A stretch of 64,000 bases of DNA from Candidatus Hodarchaeum mangrovi (GTDB taxonomy: Archaea > Asgardarchaeota > Heimdallarchaeia > Hodarchaeales > Hodarchaeaceae), in assembly GCA_016839515.1 (NCBI GenBank), contig JAEOUE010000197.1:12766-76765 (forward strand), written 5' to 3'. The notes beneath the pieces were generated by a model that saw nothing but the letters and a program-made list of their open reading frames with translations, was not told the origin of the DNA and ran no database searches. This document shows positions 19,309 to 28,661 of the stretch, one piece after another. Made by a program: the position numbers and the translations under genes. Position 1 is the stretch's first letter; each line of letters begins with the position of its first letter.

Positions 19309-19872
19309 CTATAGGGTTTCTAATTTTTCAGTTACACGTTGTCGAAGCCACTCAAGTCCTTCTTCAACATTGAATCCAGTTTTCGCTGAAGTTGGTACAA
19401 TTGCATAAGAATGTGTGGTAACTTTGTGGAGATTGAGAGCTCGAGCTACTTCTCCTGCAGAACCAGCATTTTCTAAATCTTGTTTATTAGCTAAAACCAA
19501 TATAGGAATATTTTGAACGCGATCATTGTTAAGAACATACTTCCATAATTCCTTTCTTGCTTCTTCATATCGTGCTTTATCAGCTGAATCAATCACATAC
19601 ACTATTCCCATGGAACCTGCCATGTAACTTTCCCACAATGATTCACGGAATGCTTCTTGCCCTCCAATGTCCCACGAAATAAACCTTACATTTCCCGAGC
19701 TGAATTCATCAACATTCATTCCGAGAGTTCTAAATGTGCTACTGTCAAATTCACCCGATGTAATTCTTTTAACAATCGTTGTTTTACCTGCGTGATCTAG
19801 CCCTAACCATGCAATTTTGACTGTTAGACGTTCTTTGGCAAATTTTGCTCTAAGTTTGGTTAAAAAGCTCAT
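19309..19872 (-). CDS. Arf/Arl-family small GTPase with N-terminal amphipathic helix
   Basis: GLDHAGKTT, WDIGGQ, LW..Y, ANKQD, TSAKTG..V.EGL.WL. Confidence 0.93.
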   Translation of the reverse strand: MSFLTKLRAKFAKERLTVKIAWLGLDHAGKTTIVKRITSGEFDSSTFRTLGMNVDEFSSGNVRFISWDIGGQEAFRESLWESYMAGSMGIVYVIDSADKARYEEARKELWKYVLNNDRVQNIPILVLANKQDLENAGSAGEVARALNLHKVTTHSYAIVPTSAKTGFNVEEGLEWLRQRVTEKLETL

Positions 19873-19882
19873 TTTTGGGCAC

Positions 19883-20434
19883 CTATTTGTTCTTCCGTGT
19901 TATTATAATGCGAAATCTTTCACTCATCCACTGCCATGGTTCATCAACTCCTTCTCCTGTAAGTGCTGAACAAGGATATACTGCAAATGTCCTTGGTCGC
20001 ATACTAATTTCTCTTTCTAACCCTAATGATTCAATTATCTTCTCTAAAGGCATTGCTTCAGCTAAATCTTGTTTATTAGCTAGGAAAAGAAAAGCTGAGT
20101 CCTCTGGGGCCCATTTAATTACTTGTTGCAACCATTTCCCTGCTTCTTCAACTTTTGATTTATCTGCTGAATCAAAAACAAACACAATTCCTACTGACTT
20201 GGTTACGAAAGGTTCCCATAAACTAGTTGGATATGTAACCTGACCCCCCAGATCAGCAGCCATGACCTCAATATCTCCAATTTTTAGTGTTTCAATATTC
20301 ATACCCATCGTAGGAACAGTTTCTAGGTTATCTTGTCCTTTCAATCTTCTTACTAATGTTGTTTTCCCTGCATTAGCTAATCCAACGAAGGTCATCTGAT
20401 TTTCTATTTCACGACCGAATATTTTTGTTGGCAT
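19883..20434 (-). CDS. Arf/Arl-family small GTPase
   Basis: GLANAGKTT, TVPTMG.N, DLGGQ, ANKQD, CSALTGEGV...WQWM. Confidence 0.92.
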   Translation of the reverse strand: MPTKIFGREIENQMTFVGLANAGKTTLVRRLKGQDNLETVPTMGMNIETLKIGDIEVMAADLGGQVTYPTSLWEPFVTKSVGIVFVFDSADKSKVEEAGKWLQQVIKWAPEDSAFLFLANKQDLAEAMPLEKIIESLGLEREISMRPRTFAVYPCSALTGEGVDEPWQWMSERFRIIITRKNK

Positions 20435-20667
20435 ACAAAATCTCCTTTTTTAATCAAAATAATAAATTAATCGATGAATTATTAAAGTAATTAGGTGCTT
20501 TACATTGTAAATTTTAAGCGAAATAGGTCGTTTTCTTGATTTTTTCTTCAATGATTAATGAATTAATCATTAAATAAAGTAAGAGTTTTGACTTAGTTTG
20601 TAATTAAGAAATTAAGTCCATCATTAAAAACTGTTTGTTTTAAAACTAGAAATTCTATCCTTATTTT

Positions 20668-22554
20668 TTATACCTCTCTGGTAAAAATCGGTTGTTTTGA
20701 AACCAATTTTGGGAAGACTCTTGCAATAATCGGTTTATCCTTCACTTGTTCTTTAATTTGCACTTCTAATGCCTTTAATGAAAGTGTTTCTTGTTTTTTC
20801 TTTTGACGAGATCTAACATTAACAGTTTTATCTTCAAATTCCTTTTTTCCAATAACAATTACATAAGGGGTCCAAAGCTTTTCCGCTGCTCTAATTTTTT
20901 TATTTAAAGAAAGATCTCTATCATCTATTTCAATACGAATCCCTCGACTTTCAAGATACTCTGAGATCTCTAATGCATAAGAAGTAAGATCATCAGTCAC
21001 AGGAATGATTCTAACTTGAATAGGTGCTAGCCACAAAGGAAATTGTGGTTTTTGGCCTTTTTCTATTCGTTTAATTTGTTCTTCAAGAATAGCATAAATA
21101 ACTCGTTCTGTTGAACCAGATAATGAACAATGGAGTAGTAGAGGATAACTATCCTGCCCCTGATCATTTATATATTTGATATTGAACCTTTCAGCATTTT
21201 CAACATCGATCTGAACTGTTGATAATGCTGCTGCCTTTTTTTGTGCATCTACAACATTAAATTCAAACTTTAGAATAAAATAAGCATACCTAATGTTAAA
21301 TAGCTCAAGTAATACTGGTTTATTCAGGCTTTGAACCATTGCTTTAATCCAATCATGGTTTTCTTCATAGAAATCGTAAGTCATACGAAAGGCAGTCTCA
21401 AAAGTAATGTCAATGTCTTTCATATACTTAAAAGCCATTTTAAATTGTGTCTCGAATTCAGCTTTTGCCATGTCAATGTCTAAAGCGACCGTATGAAGAT
21501 CAGGCATCGTGAAGGCCCGAAGACGGCGAATTCCCGCTAATTCTCCACGTTGTTCTCGTCTGAAAGATTGTGCAAGTTCAAAAATTTTAACAGGAAGCTG
21601 ACGATAACTTATCAGAGCATCTGACAAAGTTAAGAATTGACCAAAACAAGCAGCAAAACGTAGGAAGTAATCTTTATCACCAGATTTAACTACATATTGA
21701 CGTGCAGGGAATCTTTCTAAATATTTTTTAAGAGAAGGATGTTCATAAGAGTACATTAAAGGTGTTTCAACAATCATAGCTCCATATTGAGCTGCTATCT
21801 TCAAAACTTGGTCTTCTATCAATCTTTTTACAACAAATCCTCTTGGAAGAATTCGAAAGTTTCCCGAATCACTTCCTGATTCATAATCGATTAATTCAAG
21901 TTTCTTCATCAGGTCCACATGTTTTGGAGGAGTACTTATTGACCTATCTTTAGCAGTTTCATATTTCACAAAAACATCAAGTTCTTTATGTTGGTTATAA
22001 TTAAAATCTCTGAAATTTACTTTTTCCCCAAATTCAGTAAGTATAAAAAATTCTGATTTTGTTTGATCTTCAGCTTCCAAAGCTTTGGTAACTTCAATTG
22101 AAGATTTAATATCTATATCGCCCAAAATCTCTTTTGAACGTTCTGCAAGGGCGTGTCCTTTGCAATTTATTGAAAAACTTTTATAGTAACCAAATGGAGC
22201 ACGAATAATGTTCAGTTTTCGGTTTTTTATTTTTATATTTGTAGTTAGTTCCCTTAACATCTCCAAAGCTTCTGATGACCTGGCTGGATTAGTTTTAGTT
22301 AGATGCACCCAAGGATAAATAATAACATTAGTTTCTTTTATATCGTTTAACGCATGTATGATCTCATCTGAACCTTGTAGAATTACTTTATCTCTATTTT
22401 TAGTGTCTTCGACTTCAACTGATATAAAGACAATTAAAACAGAACTCTCTGTACTGTATTCGCCTAAAACTTCATCTAATGGTTCAGGATCTTTGATAGC
22501 TTTTTCATTTATTTTCCAAGCAAAACCATGTGAATGGATAAGTAAAAGTTGCAT
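20668..22554 (-). CDS. thrS: Threonine--tRNA ligase, archaeal type
   Basis: MQLLLIH N-terminal editing domain, RAPFGYYK.F.I.CKGH, LRFAACFGQF, RLRAFTMPDLH, PLWLAP.QVR. Confidence 0.97.
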   Translation of the reverse strand: MQLLLIHSHGFAWKINEKAIKDPEPLDEVLGEYSTESSVLIVFISVEVEDTKNRDKVILQGSDEIIHALNDIKETNVIIYPWVHLTKTNPARSSEALEMLRELTTNIKIKNRKLNIIRAPFGYYKSFSINCKGHALAERSKEILGDIDIKSSIEVTKALEAEDQTKSEFFILTEFGEKVNFRDFNYNQHKELDVFVKYETAKDRSISTPPKHVDLMKKLELIDYESGSDSGNFRILPRGFVVKRLIEDQVLKIAAQYGAMIVETPLMYSYEHPSLKKYLERFPARQYVVKSGDKDYFLRFAACFGQFLTLSDALISYRQLPVKIFELAQSFRREQRGELAGIRRLRAFTMPDLHTVALDIDMAKAEFETQFKMAFKYMKDIDITFETAFRMTYDFYEENHDWIKAMVQSLNKPVLLELFNIRYAYFILKFEFNVVDAQKKAAALSTVQIDVENAERFNIKYINDQGQDSYPLLLHCSLSGSTERVIYAILEEQIKRIEKGQKPQFPLWLAPIQVRIIPVTDDLTSYALEISEYLESRGIRIEIDDRDLSLNKKIRAAEKLWTPYVIVIGKKEFEDKTVNVRSRQKKKQETLSLKALEVQIKEQVKDKPIIARVFPKLVSKQPIFTREV

Positions 22555-22654
22555 AAGATCAACCCTAAATGGATTTATGAGGTATTTATAGTCATTTTAT
22601 ACTTATTTGTCAAATATTCAAAAGCTCTTGTCTCGTAAGATTACTAAGTTTCCC

Positions 22655-23254
22655 TCACAGAAAATTTTCAACAAAAAAGTTAACAGAAGAATCTGGGATT
22701 CCCAGTTCAAGAAATGTTGCCCATGCCCGAGTCTTATCATATTGTTCAGAAAGTGTTCGTTCTGTCATAAATTCATAATATTCATGTGGAAAAACAACCC
22801 ATTCAGTGGATTCCTCTACAAAATAGTCTGGTTTTATCTTGGACCAAGGTTTATATAAAAGAGTGGCAATTCTTATTTCTTTTGGACTTTTAAGCTTTAA
22901 ATATTCCAATGCAATTTCAAGACTTTCACCTGTATCTGCTAAATCATCAACCAATAAGATTTTTTTATTATAAATATCAACACCAACATCTTGTGCTATT
23001 ACAGGGCGAGTATGTGTTTCTGCTATTGCAGTATAAAATCTAATCTGCATTGTTGCTAGAATTGAAGTGCCTGTTTTTTTCTGGAGAGGAACCTCTGCTT
23101 CGAACATATCACTTAGTAATCTAGCTGGTATCCATCCCCCTCTACTAATACCAATGATTATTTCTGGGTTGTATCCATCTTTTTTTATCAAATGAAAACA
23201 CGTTCTTGCTAGTCTATCTATATCTTGCCACTTTAATACTTTAAATTTCATCAT
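22655..23254 (-). CDS. Purine phosphoribosyltransferase (type I PRTase)
   Basis: ISRGGWIPARLLSD, ILLVDDLADTGES, WVVFP. Confidence 0.92.
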   Translation of the reverse strand: MMKFKVLKWQDIDRLARTCFHLIKKDGYNPEIIIGISRGGWIPARLLSDMFEAEVPLQKKTGTSILATMQIRFYTAIAETHTRPVIAQDVGVDIYNKKILLVDDLADTGESLEIALEYLKLKSPKEIRIATLLYKPWSKIKPDYFVEESTEWVVFPHEYYEFMTERTLSEQYDKTRAWATFLELGIPDSSVNFFVENFL

Positions 23255-23384
23255 GAGTTAAACCAGTGGTATATCTTAATTAATTTTGAAATACGTTTAC
23301 TTATTTAATTGAATTTAAAATTGTGTTACATGATAAATTTCCACCTGAAAGTCCTGGAGTGGGTTAATTATAGCTTTATATATT

Positions 23385-23930
23385 TTGAAAAAAATACAAA
23401 CATATTCAGTGCTAATTTTTGAAGGAGAATTGAAGTCCAAGATTGAGTTATATTCATTGGGACAAAAACTCAAGGAATTAAGCGACAATAACTCTCTTGT
23501 TGCAATCCAAATGCTGGATTCTTTAAATATTTGGAGCTTGGCGCACATTGAGTCAGCAGTTTGGCATTCGATAAATGCGCTTAAAAATAATCATCTAATT
23601 TCTAATACATTGGCAATTGAGTTATTATTATACCTCGCTGGTGAGAGGCAAATAAGTAAAGCTATTGAGGAGTATGGACTGAAGGAACGTACAAGAAAAG
23701 TACTAGGAATTATAATAGGTTCAAATCATCATAATATCCATTTAGCTTTTAATGAATTATTATCTTTATATAGTCTAGAATTAAATAAAAAAATCCTTAA
23801 TCCCACAGCAGAAAAATATGAATACTTTTCAAAGAAATTCATCCAAGAAGGTTATATTAAGGATAATTTATCTTATCAGGGAATTGAAACTGTGTTATTG
23901 CAAAGAATAGCACTGTTAGCACTGGGATAA
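23385..23930 (+). CDS. cgi121: KEOPS complex subunit Cgi121
   Basis: H..SA..H...A......ISNTL.IELLLYLAGERQISKAI..YG. Confidence 0.88.
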   Translation: MKKIQTYSVLIFEGELKSKIELYSLGQKLKELSDNNSLVAIQMLDSLNIWSLAHIESAVWHSINALKNNHLISNTLAIELLLYLAGERQISKAIEEYGLKERTRKVLGIIIGSNHHNIHLAFNELLSLYSLELNKKILNPTAEKYEYFSKKFIQEGYIKDNLSYQGIETVLLQRIALLALG

Positions 23931-23942
23931 AGCCTTTTTATA

Positions 23943-24482
23943 CTAGATTCTTCTCAGATAATCTGAAGTCTTGATTTCTGTTTTTGGCTTCATCACACTT
24001 ATTCCAGATAAATCTCGAATGATTTCTATTCGGATTTCATAATCGGGGTCGGTAAGTTTAACAGTTCCCCATGTTATTTTATCAGCAACAGCTGAAATAA
24101 CTTCCTTTGATCTAAGATTAGTTTGTCGCTTACGTAATACGATTGCCCAAGTATTTTCTCTTGTAACTTTCTTTTGGACTAATTCATAAGCATGATTAGT
24201 GATCTGTAAGATATCAGTCTTAAATAAATGTTCTAACGGAGTTATTCTTAAACAGGCAATGAGTGGACCATTTTCTTCAATATATTCACGGATTTTTAAA
24301 ACTACCTGAAATGGATGGATTTCCTCATCTTGAAGCGTGAGTAGCGATAAACCTGGTACACGTGATTTTAGAGGTTTTGTTTTATAATCTAAGACATCAG
24401 TAATCACATAATAGAGTTCCGAGAGCGCATCACGTTCTTGGTTTCTTTGTGAGCTAATTAAAAAGCTCATATTCGACACCAC
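23943..24482 (-). CDS. THUMP-domain RNA-binding protein (Tan1-like)
   Basis: E..A.SEL, LRITPLE, TW.I.LRKR, V.L.DPD..IRIEII....GISV. Confidence 0.85.
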   Translation of the reverse strand: MVSNMSFLISSQRNQERDALSELYYVITDVLDYKTKPLKSRVPGLSLLTLQDEEIHPFQVVLKIREYIEENGPLIACLRITPLEHLFKTDILQITNHAYELVQKKVTRENTWAIVLRKRQTNLRSKEVISAVADKITWGTVKLTDPDYEIRIEIIRDLSGISVMKPKTEIKTSDYLRRI

Positions 24483-24488
24483 CCTAGG

Positions 24489-24659
24489 TTATTCACGAAT
24501 TAACCAAGCAGAAGATATAAGATCTGTGGATCCACATTTTGGGCATGAAGGTTTGGTAATATAGATACCATCTTCCTCTAATGTTATAAATTCAGCTTTC
24601 TGGAATCTATTTTCACAATTTTTATTCTGACAAATATAAACATCAGGTTTTTCTACCAT
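24489..24659 (-). CDS. Small Zn-ribbon protein, 56 aa (not in the ORF track)
   Basis: Manual translation MVEKPDVYICQNKNCENRFQKAEFITLEEDGIYITKPSCPKCGSTDLISSAWLIRE; fills the gap between the GTPase and THUMP genes; GGTGG upstream of the start. Confidence 0.75.
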   Translation of the reverse strand: MVEKPDVYICQNKNCENRFQKAEFITLEEDGIYITKPSCPKCGSTDLISSAWLIRE

Positions 24660-24676
24660 TTTTCCACCAACAATAT

Positions 24677-25378
24677 TTAGATTTGTTTATGACCAAATTC
24701 GAGAATATCTGTGATGTTAGCAACTCCTTTAGGTAAATTAAATATTTGATTATCCCAATCAGCAAGAATAAGACGCCTCCAAGAGGCGAATTGAAGCTGG
24801 GAAAGTACTTTATCTTCTGATTGCCGTAGATTTTGAGCTATATCTTTGAGATTGCCTGTTGAATGTTTAACTGCAAGAAGAACATCATAGTATTGTTTTA
24901 TTGCATTTAAGACTATCATTCCTAGAGCACGTTCAATATTTTCTCCAGATTTCGCAGAAGTTCCAATTACTGTAATTTTATCGGAATTTTTACCTAAAAC
25001 AGCATTAGCTACTTCATCGGGAGTCTTAGCACCAATTATATCTTGTTTGTTTGCACATAAAATTATAGGAACACTTGGAAGGATTTGATTTACCTCTAGT
25101 AATAATTTACTTGCCTCTTCAAAGGAGGCCACATTTACTGAATCGACTACAAATAAAACTCCATCTGCCCCCTTACTCAAGATCTTTCGAATTACTTCAA
25201 AACGCTGTAGTCCTGGTGTCCCAAATAAAAAGACTTTTACACCATAAATTTCGGTTTTACAGTGATCTAATGCAACAGTTGTACCACCATAATCAATAGA
25301 AATAGCTGATCCACCGCAAATCTGGTGTACTGTTGTTGATTTTCCACTGTTATAAGGACCTAATAGAACTATCTTCAT
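24677..25378 (-). CDS. MglA-related small GTPase with C-terminal winged-helix-like extension
   Basis: GPYNSGKST, TTVALD, FGTPGLQRF, ANKQD, TSAK; tail LKDIAQNLRQSEDKVLSQL. Confidence 0.85.
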   Translation of the reverse strand: MKIVLLGPYNSGKSTTVHQICGGSAISIDYGGTTVALDHCKTEIYGVKVFLFGTPGLQRFEVIRKILSKGADGVLFVVDSVNVASFEEASKLLLEVNQILPSVPIILCANKQDIIGAKTPDEVANAVLGKNSDKITVIGTSAKSGENIERALGMIVLNAIKQYYDVLLAVKHSTGNLKDIAQNLRQSEDKVLSQLQFASWRRLILADWDNQIFNLPKGVANITDILEFGHKQI

Positions 25379-25900
25379 TTTTCAGGGCCACGCAAATTTG
25401 ACTGCATACGGAGATTTTTATATTCTAAGATCGTTACTCTCTATAGCTAAGCAAGATTATTCATAGGGATTAAAGTAAATTAAATATACCTTTCCGATCA
25501 AAGACAAAAAGGAGGTCTTTGCTAAGCTTTGCCTATTGACTAGTATTTCAATTACTTATAAAGATTCGCTTTCTTTCTTTATTTGCTTCCTTAATTCTTA
25601 TTGTACCAAGTTTTAAAGGATTTAAGTTTCAAGTTTAGGATTTTGTATTTTAAAAATTCTGTTTAAAAATATTTTAAGGAATAAAACGTTATATTTTGGC
25701 AATACTTTTTGGAATCTGTTTTAATAAGATGGAAAAATCTTCCTTTAGGGGAATTAAACTTATTTTTAATAAAATTCTACAAAAAGATTTTAGTAAAAAT
25801 AAAGTATTCGAGAAAACACAAAAGGTACATTCTAAAGTCGTCCATTATAGGCTCTTTTAATCTGAATGAGAAAATTTTCTTTTAAGAGGACAAGTATAAG

Positions 25901-26323
25901 ATGAAAGTTCTTTATCGAAATCTATGGGCTTCTAGAGATGCACGCACACTGATTCTGTCCAGTTTAATACTTACAATGTGTGTATTATTTGAATTTTCAT
26001 TTCTTTTTTTTCCAGATATTCTTGAAAATACGATTTTCCAATTTATAATGGTGGAAATAATCCTTTTCGAAGGAAATTTTCAGCCATTGCTTGTTCTTCT
26101 TCATTTAGCTATTTGGGGAATAATGTTCTTCTCTACTCTTCTGGTCTATACAAGTGTTAAAGAATATAGTGGGCGAAGAACAGGACTTTTAGAAATTGGG
26201 GCTATTCTAATAGCATTTTTAGTAACTTCGATTCTGATCTATGATCTATGGTTTACATTATTCCTGCTTTGTCTAAATGGTTTAATTCTTTTGTATTTAT
26301 ACATATTAATGCAGAATGAGTAG
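25901..26323 (+). CDS. Hypothetical multi-pass membrane protein
   Basis: About four hydrophobic segments in 140 aa. Confidence 0.7.
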   Translation: MKVLYRNLWASRDARTLILSSLILTMCVLFEFSFLFFPDILENTIFQFIMVEIILFEGNFQPLLVLLHLAIWGIMFFSTLLVYTSVKEYSGRRTGLLEIGAILIAFLVTSILIYDLWFTLFLLCLNGLILLYLYILMQNE

Positions 26324-26502
26324 TATTTGCCAAATTCTCAATAATTCAAGGGCAAAATTAAGAAATCTTTTATCTTTAAATCATGAATAATGTAGATTCA
26401 TCTTTTTCAGGTTTTGTGGTTAACAATCTTAATTTAAAAATTAGATATACGGACTAAATTAAGTATAAATTTCTTTAAATTTAAGAATTTCCCTCAAAAC
26501 AC

Positions 26503-26549
26503 TCAGTCTGGGACGGTGTCATCAAAATCAGATTAGTAAGAATCATCAT
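26503..26549 (-). ncRNA. Box C/D methylation guide sRNA
   Basis: The minus strand reads ATGATGA (C) TTCTTACTAAT CTGA (D') TT TTGATGA (C') CACCGTCCCAGA CTGA (D), with canonical spacing. Confidence 0.88.
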
Positions 26550-26934
26550 TGTGTTTTAAGGGTTCTTCTTGTGTGAGAAGGAGTTCTCGAAGGTTTGAAT
26601 ATATTATTTGGCTTTTAGGATTCTTTAAATATTCTTTACATTTTTTTAATGTTCCAGAAACATAATCTGAGAATGCATAAAGGTAACGATTATTATAATT
26701 GTGGATATAACAAAGTCCTACACGAACATGAGGTATACAATTATGAGATGATCGAAAGATTCCAGTTTGAAGGTCAAAATCATAATACGATAGATAAAGT
26801 CCTACTCTAGCTGCGCCATAAACTCCATAAAGTTTCCGAATTTCTGAGGAAACTGCTTTCCATGCGTCCCGTTCATTCATAAGGCTGGAACTAATGAATC
26901 TGATAACAATGTAACGGGTACGTTCTTTTATCAC
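26533..26934 (-). CDS. rnp2: RNase P protein Pop5/Rpp14
   Basis: ER.RYI, LYG.YG, GIFR, VSGTLKK; in an operon with Rpp30 and eL15. Confidence 0.88.
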   Translation of the reverse strand: MIKERTRYIVIRFISSSLMNERDAWKAVSSEIRKLYGVYGAARVGLYLSYYDFDLQTGIFRSSHNCIPHVRVGLCYIHNYNNRYLYAFSDYVSGTLKKCKEYLKNPKSQIIYSNLRELLLTQEEPLKHNDDSY

Positions 26935-26937
26935 GAT

Positions 26938-27681
26938 TTATTCTTCCTCGTTTTGATCAATATTAAAACGAAAAACACCTGGCATGATGTAATTTGAATC
27001 AATTTTTTTTAGATTGTGCTCTAAAAGCGTGTTTGGTATAGTACTTATGCCATCTAAAGCTTTCTGAGAGTCTAGACAAAGAATATGCCCCAAAGCGGCT
27101 AATTCAAGTGGATTTCGTTGATCAGTTGGTTTAGAACCTGATGAATTAAATATAATAGGTATACCTTTTTTAACAGCTCTACTGAGCGCAAATCTTGTTT
27201 CGCGTATTATAGGGATATAAGTTCTTTCAGATGAGGCATATAAAGTTGATAGTGGTACTTCTAAAAATTTATTGAATTTTTGCATTAAATTTCCAACAGA
27301 AAGTGAAAAAAGTTTATTAAATTGAAGAACTGGAAATTTTAATATATCAATACGATTGTCTTGAGCTGCCCAAGCTGCAATATCTGGAGTTGTACATTCA
27401 ATACCAATAATAGGATATTTCCTTCTATTTTGCCTTAATAAATGGACAATATCCTCTTTATTTTCTTTTCTTGTGTCTAGATCAAGTCTTGGATAAATTA
27501 AAAAGTTCTTAGTTTGGTAATTTTTTTTGATTTGATCAAATAGAGAAGTGGGTAAATTACTTAACCAAATCACTGAAAAATTAAATGCTCTAACCAATTT
27601 CACACAAGTAAGTAGTTCAGTTTCTGATGTATATTGGTTTGGATTTAAAGTGTCAACGAATACGCGAACCATTTTATACAC
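26938..27681 (-). CDS. rnp3: RNase P protein Rpp30
   Basis: AAQDNRIDIL, SSG.....QRNPLEL, YIMPGV; genomic context. Confidence 0.85.
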   Translation of the reverse strand: MYKMVRVFVDTLNPNQYTSETELLTCVKLVRAFNFSVIWLSNLPTSLFDQIKKNYQTKNFLIYPRLDLDTRKENKEDIVHLLRQNRRKYPIIGIECTTPDIAAWAAQDNRIDILKFPVLQFNKLFSLSVGNLMQKFNKFLEVPLSTLYASSERTYIPIIRETRFALSRAVKKGIPIIFNSSGSKPTDQRNPLELAALGHILCLDSQKALDGISTIPNTLLEHNLKKIDSNYIMPGVFRFNIDQNEEE

Positions 27682-27796
27682 TTTAATTAATGATCTTTCA
27701 GGGATCTTTTAAAAAAATTGACAACTATTTTTAATTATATTTTTTAATTAAATGCTTTTACCTAAGTAATAGCTCGATAAAGAGTTATTTCTATAA

Positions 27797-28360
27797 TCAA
27801 CGATCATAAGATGGTCTTAAATGTTCTGATCCTTTTCCTCTTCGCCTTAAACCTCGAGATTTTTTACCTGCAGAGGTTTTCCCTCGAAACACTCGCCCTT
27901 TATGACTCGAATTACATATCCAATTGATTTTAGAATCTGAAATTATTTCTGGAGCATTCGGATCTACCATTATTACTTCAAACCATCGTGAAAGACCATC
28001 TTCATGTACTGGATAGCTGTTTAAAACTCTTAGATTTCTAAAACGACGTGCAGCTCTTTCTTCAGCAATCCATTGTCTTGATTTTTTTGGAGTAAGGCGC
28101 TTAACACCCATTCGCTTTGAACGTCTTCCCATTACAGGACGTGGTTTTCTTCTTCCACCTCTTGGAACTCGAGTACGAACCAAGATGAAACCTTTTTTCC
28201 GACGATATCCTAATGCACGAGCACGATCAACTCGTGTTGGGTGGTCAATTCTAACCAGACTTGGTTCCCTACGCCATTCGATTAGTCTTGCTATTCGTAA
28301 TTGTTTAAAATCTTCTTTTTGTTCTTTCCAAAATTTTGACACATATTTATAAGCATTCAT
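27797..28360 (-). CDS. rpl15e: Ribosomal protein eL15 (start moved to MNAYKY, downstream of a GGAGG SD)
   Basis: [44 protein letters not shown]. Confidence 0.97.
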   Translation of the reverse strand: MNAYKYVSKFWKEQKEDFKQLRIARLIEWRREPSLVRIDHPTRVDRARALGYRRKKGFILVRTRVPRGGRRKPRPVMGRRSKRMGVKRLTPKKSRQWIAEERAARRFRNLRVLNSYPVHEDGLSRWFEVIMVDPNAPEIISDSKINWICNSSHKGRVFRGKTSAGKKSRGLRRRGKGSEHLRPSYDR

Positions 28361-28376
28361 TGAAAATCCTCCTTTA

Positions 28377-28427
28377 GGTTCTGCGAAAATGAGATTTGTG
28401 TTCTCTCCGCAACATTCCAAAGTGGAG
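28377..28427 (-). promoter_or_regulatory. Structured 5' leader of rpl15e (putative eL15 autoregulatory leader)
   Basis: mRNA sense: TCCA-CTT-TGGA hairpin, ATG linker, TGCG..GAGA..TCTC..CGCA hairpin, then GAACC and the SD; TTTAAAA TATA-like box about 30 nt upstream. Confidence 0.5.
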
Positions 28428-28661
28428 ATACTTTAAACTGGCGTTGTTTTGTAGTGTTTTAAACGCTTACTAAGTTTAATTAAAATTTATTATTTAATGA
28501 TGGATAATGAATATATTTTGAATAAATACGAACAGATTTCTTTCAAGCTTTAAAAAGATTAAATAACGTAGAAATATAAATGATTTAAGTTCTTTCTCGA
28601 AATCAGATAATTACAATATAAATAACTGTTAAAAAGATCTGCTCTTATAGGAGATATTAAA

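Noticed and set aside
25499-25521. Inverted repeat CAAAGAC...GTCTTTG upstream of the GTPase
   Set aside because: A single short stem with no recognisable RNA family features.
28361-28420. N-terminal extension MECCGEN... of eL15 in the ORF track
   Set aside because: The SD and homology place the start at 28360; the region is better explained as an RNA leader.
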